A stretch of 64,000 nucleotides of DNA, taken from assembly GCF_028641065.1 (NCBI RefSeq), contig NC_073407.1, positions 19,592,001-19,656,000 on the forward strand. Direction: 5' to 3'. Every line of letters begins with the position of its first letter. The first letter of the stretch is position 1. A program made the translations under genes and the position numbers. This DNA is from Leucoraja erinacea. Lineage: Eukaryota. The notes under the pieces were generated by a model. That model was not told the DNA's origin. It saw only the letters and a program-made list of their open reading frames with translations, and ran no database searches. Shown here piece after piece: positions 63,534 through 64,000 of this stretch.

Positions 63534-64000
63534 TATGTGGTCAAGTCTCTGAAGTAGGGCTTTAACCTTCAGATACAGGTAAATGTGCTACCACTGAGCC
63601 ACATATGACCTTTAGTTTCCACCTACTTTTTCTACTTACTTTACATACACCTGAAGATCTGTCGTTGCATATTTGGAGTGCAGCATTTGGAGAATAACAT
63701 TTGGACAATGACATTTTGGCTGTGGTGTTTAGGGAGAGGAGCTTGAGGTGTAATATTTGAACAGCGGCAATTGTAGCATTGACTATTATGAAAATATAGA
63801 CCTCCAAGTAAGAATAGCCACAGTGTCTTGCATGAGTTAGTTATCTTATGATGGAATGTTTCCACTTCAGGAATGAAACACACACGTTCTATAACTTTCC
63901 ACTCGGAAAGATGAAAAATCTCCGCAGAACGCAAATTTCTGTCAATAGTTCACGGCCTTTAGAGTGGCAGTTACATCACACAGGTGTGATCTTGGAACCA

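Overview
This is eukaryotic, repeat-dense vertebrate DNA. The repeat repertoire (HE1-type V-SINEs, shark/ray CR1-like LINE tails, Penelope termini) points to a cartilaginous fish, probably a skate or ray (inference). The only host gene I can support is the first coding exon of a laminin gamma chain, best matching LAMC3 (minus strand, 24142-23771). It carries a 2-bp frameshift just after the signal peptide and has a canonical CTCF motif about 155 bp upstream. The rest is intron or intergenic DNA filled with nested mobile elements: CR1, Rex1/Babar, RTE and L2 LINE pieces, V- and Deu-type SINEs, a Penelope RT/GIY-YIG remnant, a non-autonomous Helitron, Harbinger-like MITEs, a Tc1 end and two solo LTRs. 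The most interesting signals are: (1) many short Penelope-terminus insertions carrying a minimal hammerhead-ribozyme core, often as fold-back elements, one with a 15-bp TSD; (2) three non-coding retroelements sharing a 3' stem-loop; (3) several local templated duplications of 110-170 bp; (4) a TGT...ACA hairpin MITE; (5) a compositionally aberrant first ~3.8 kb that may be low-quality consensus. No prokaryotic system, CRISPR array or rRNA is present. Family assignments come from recalled motifs, not from database searches, and boundaries of old repeats are approximate.
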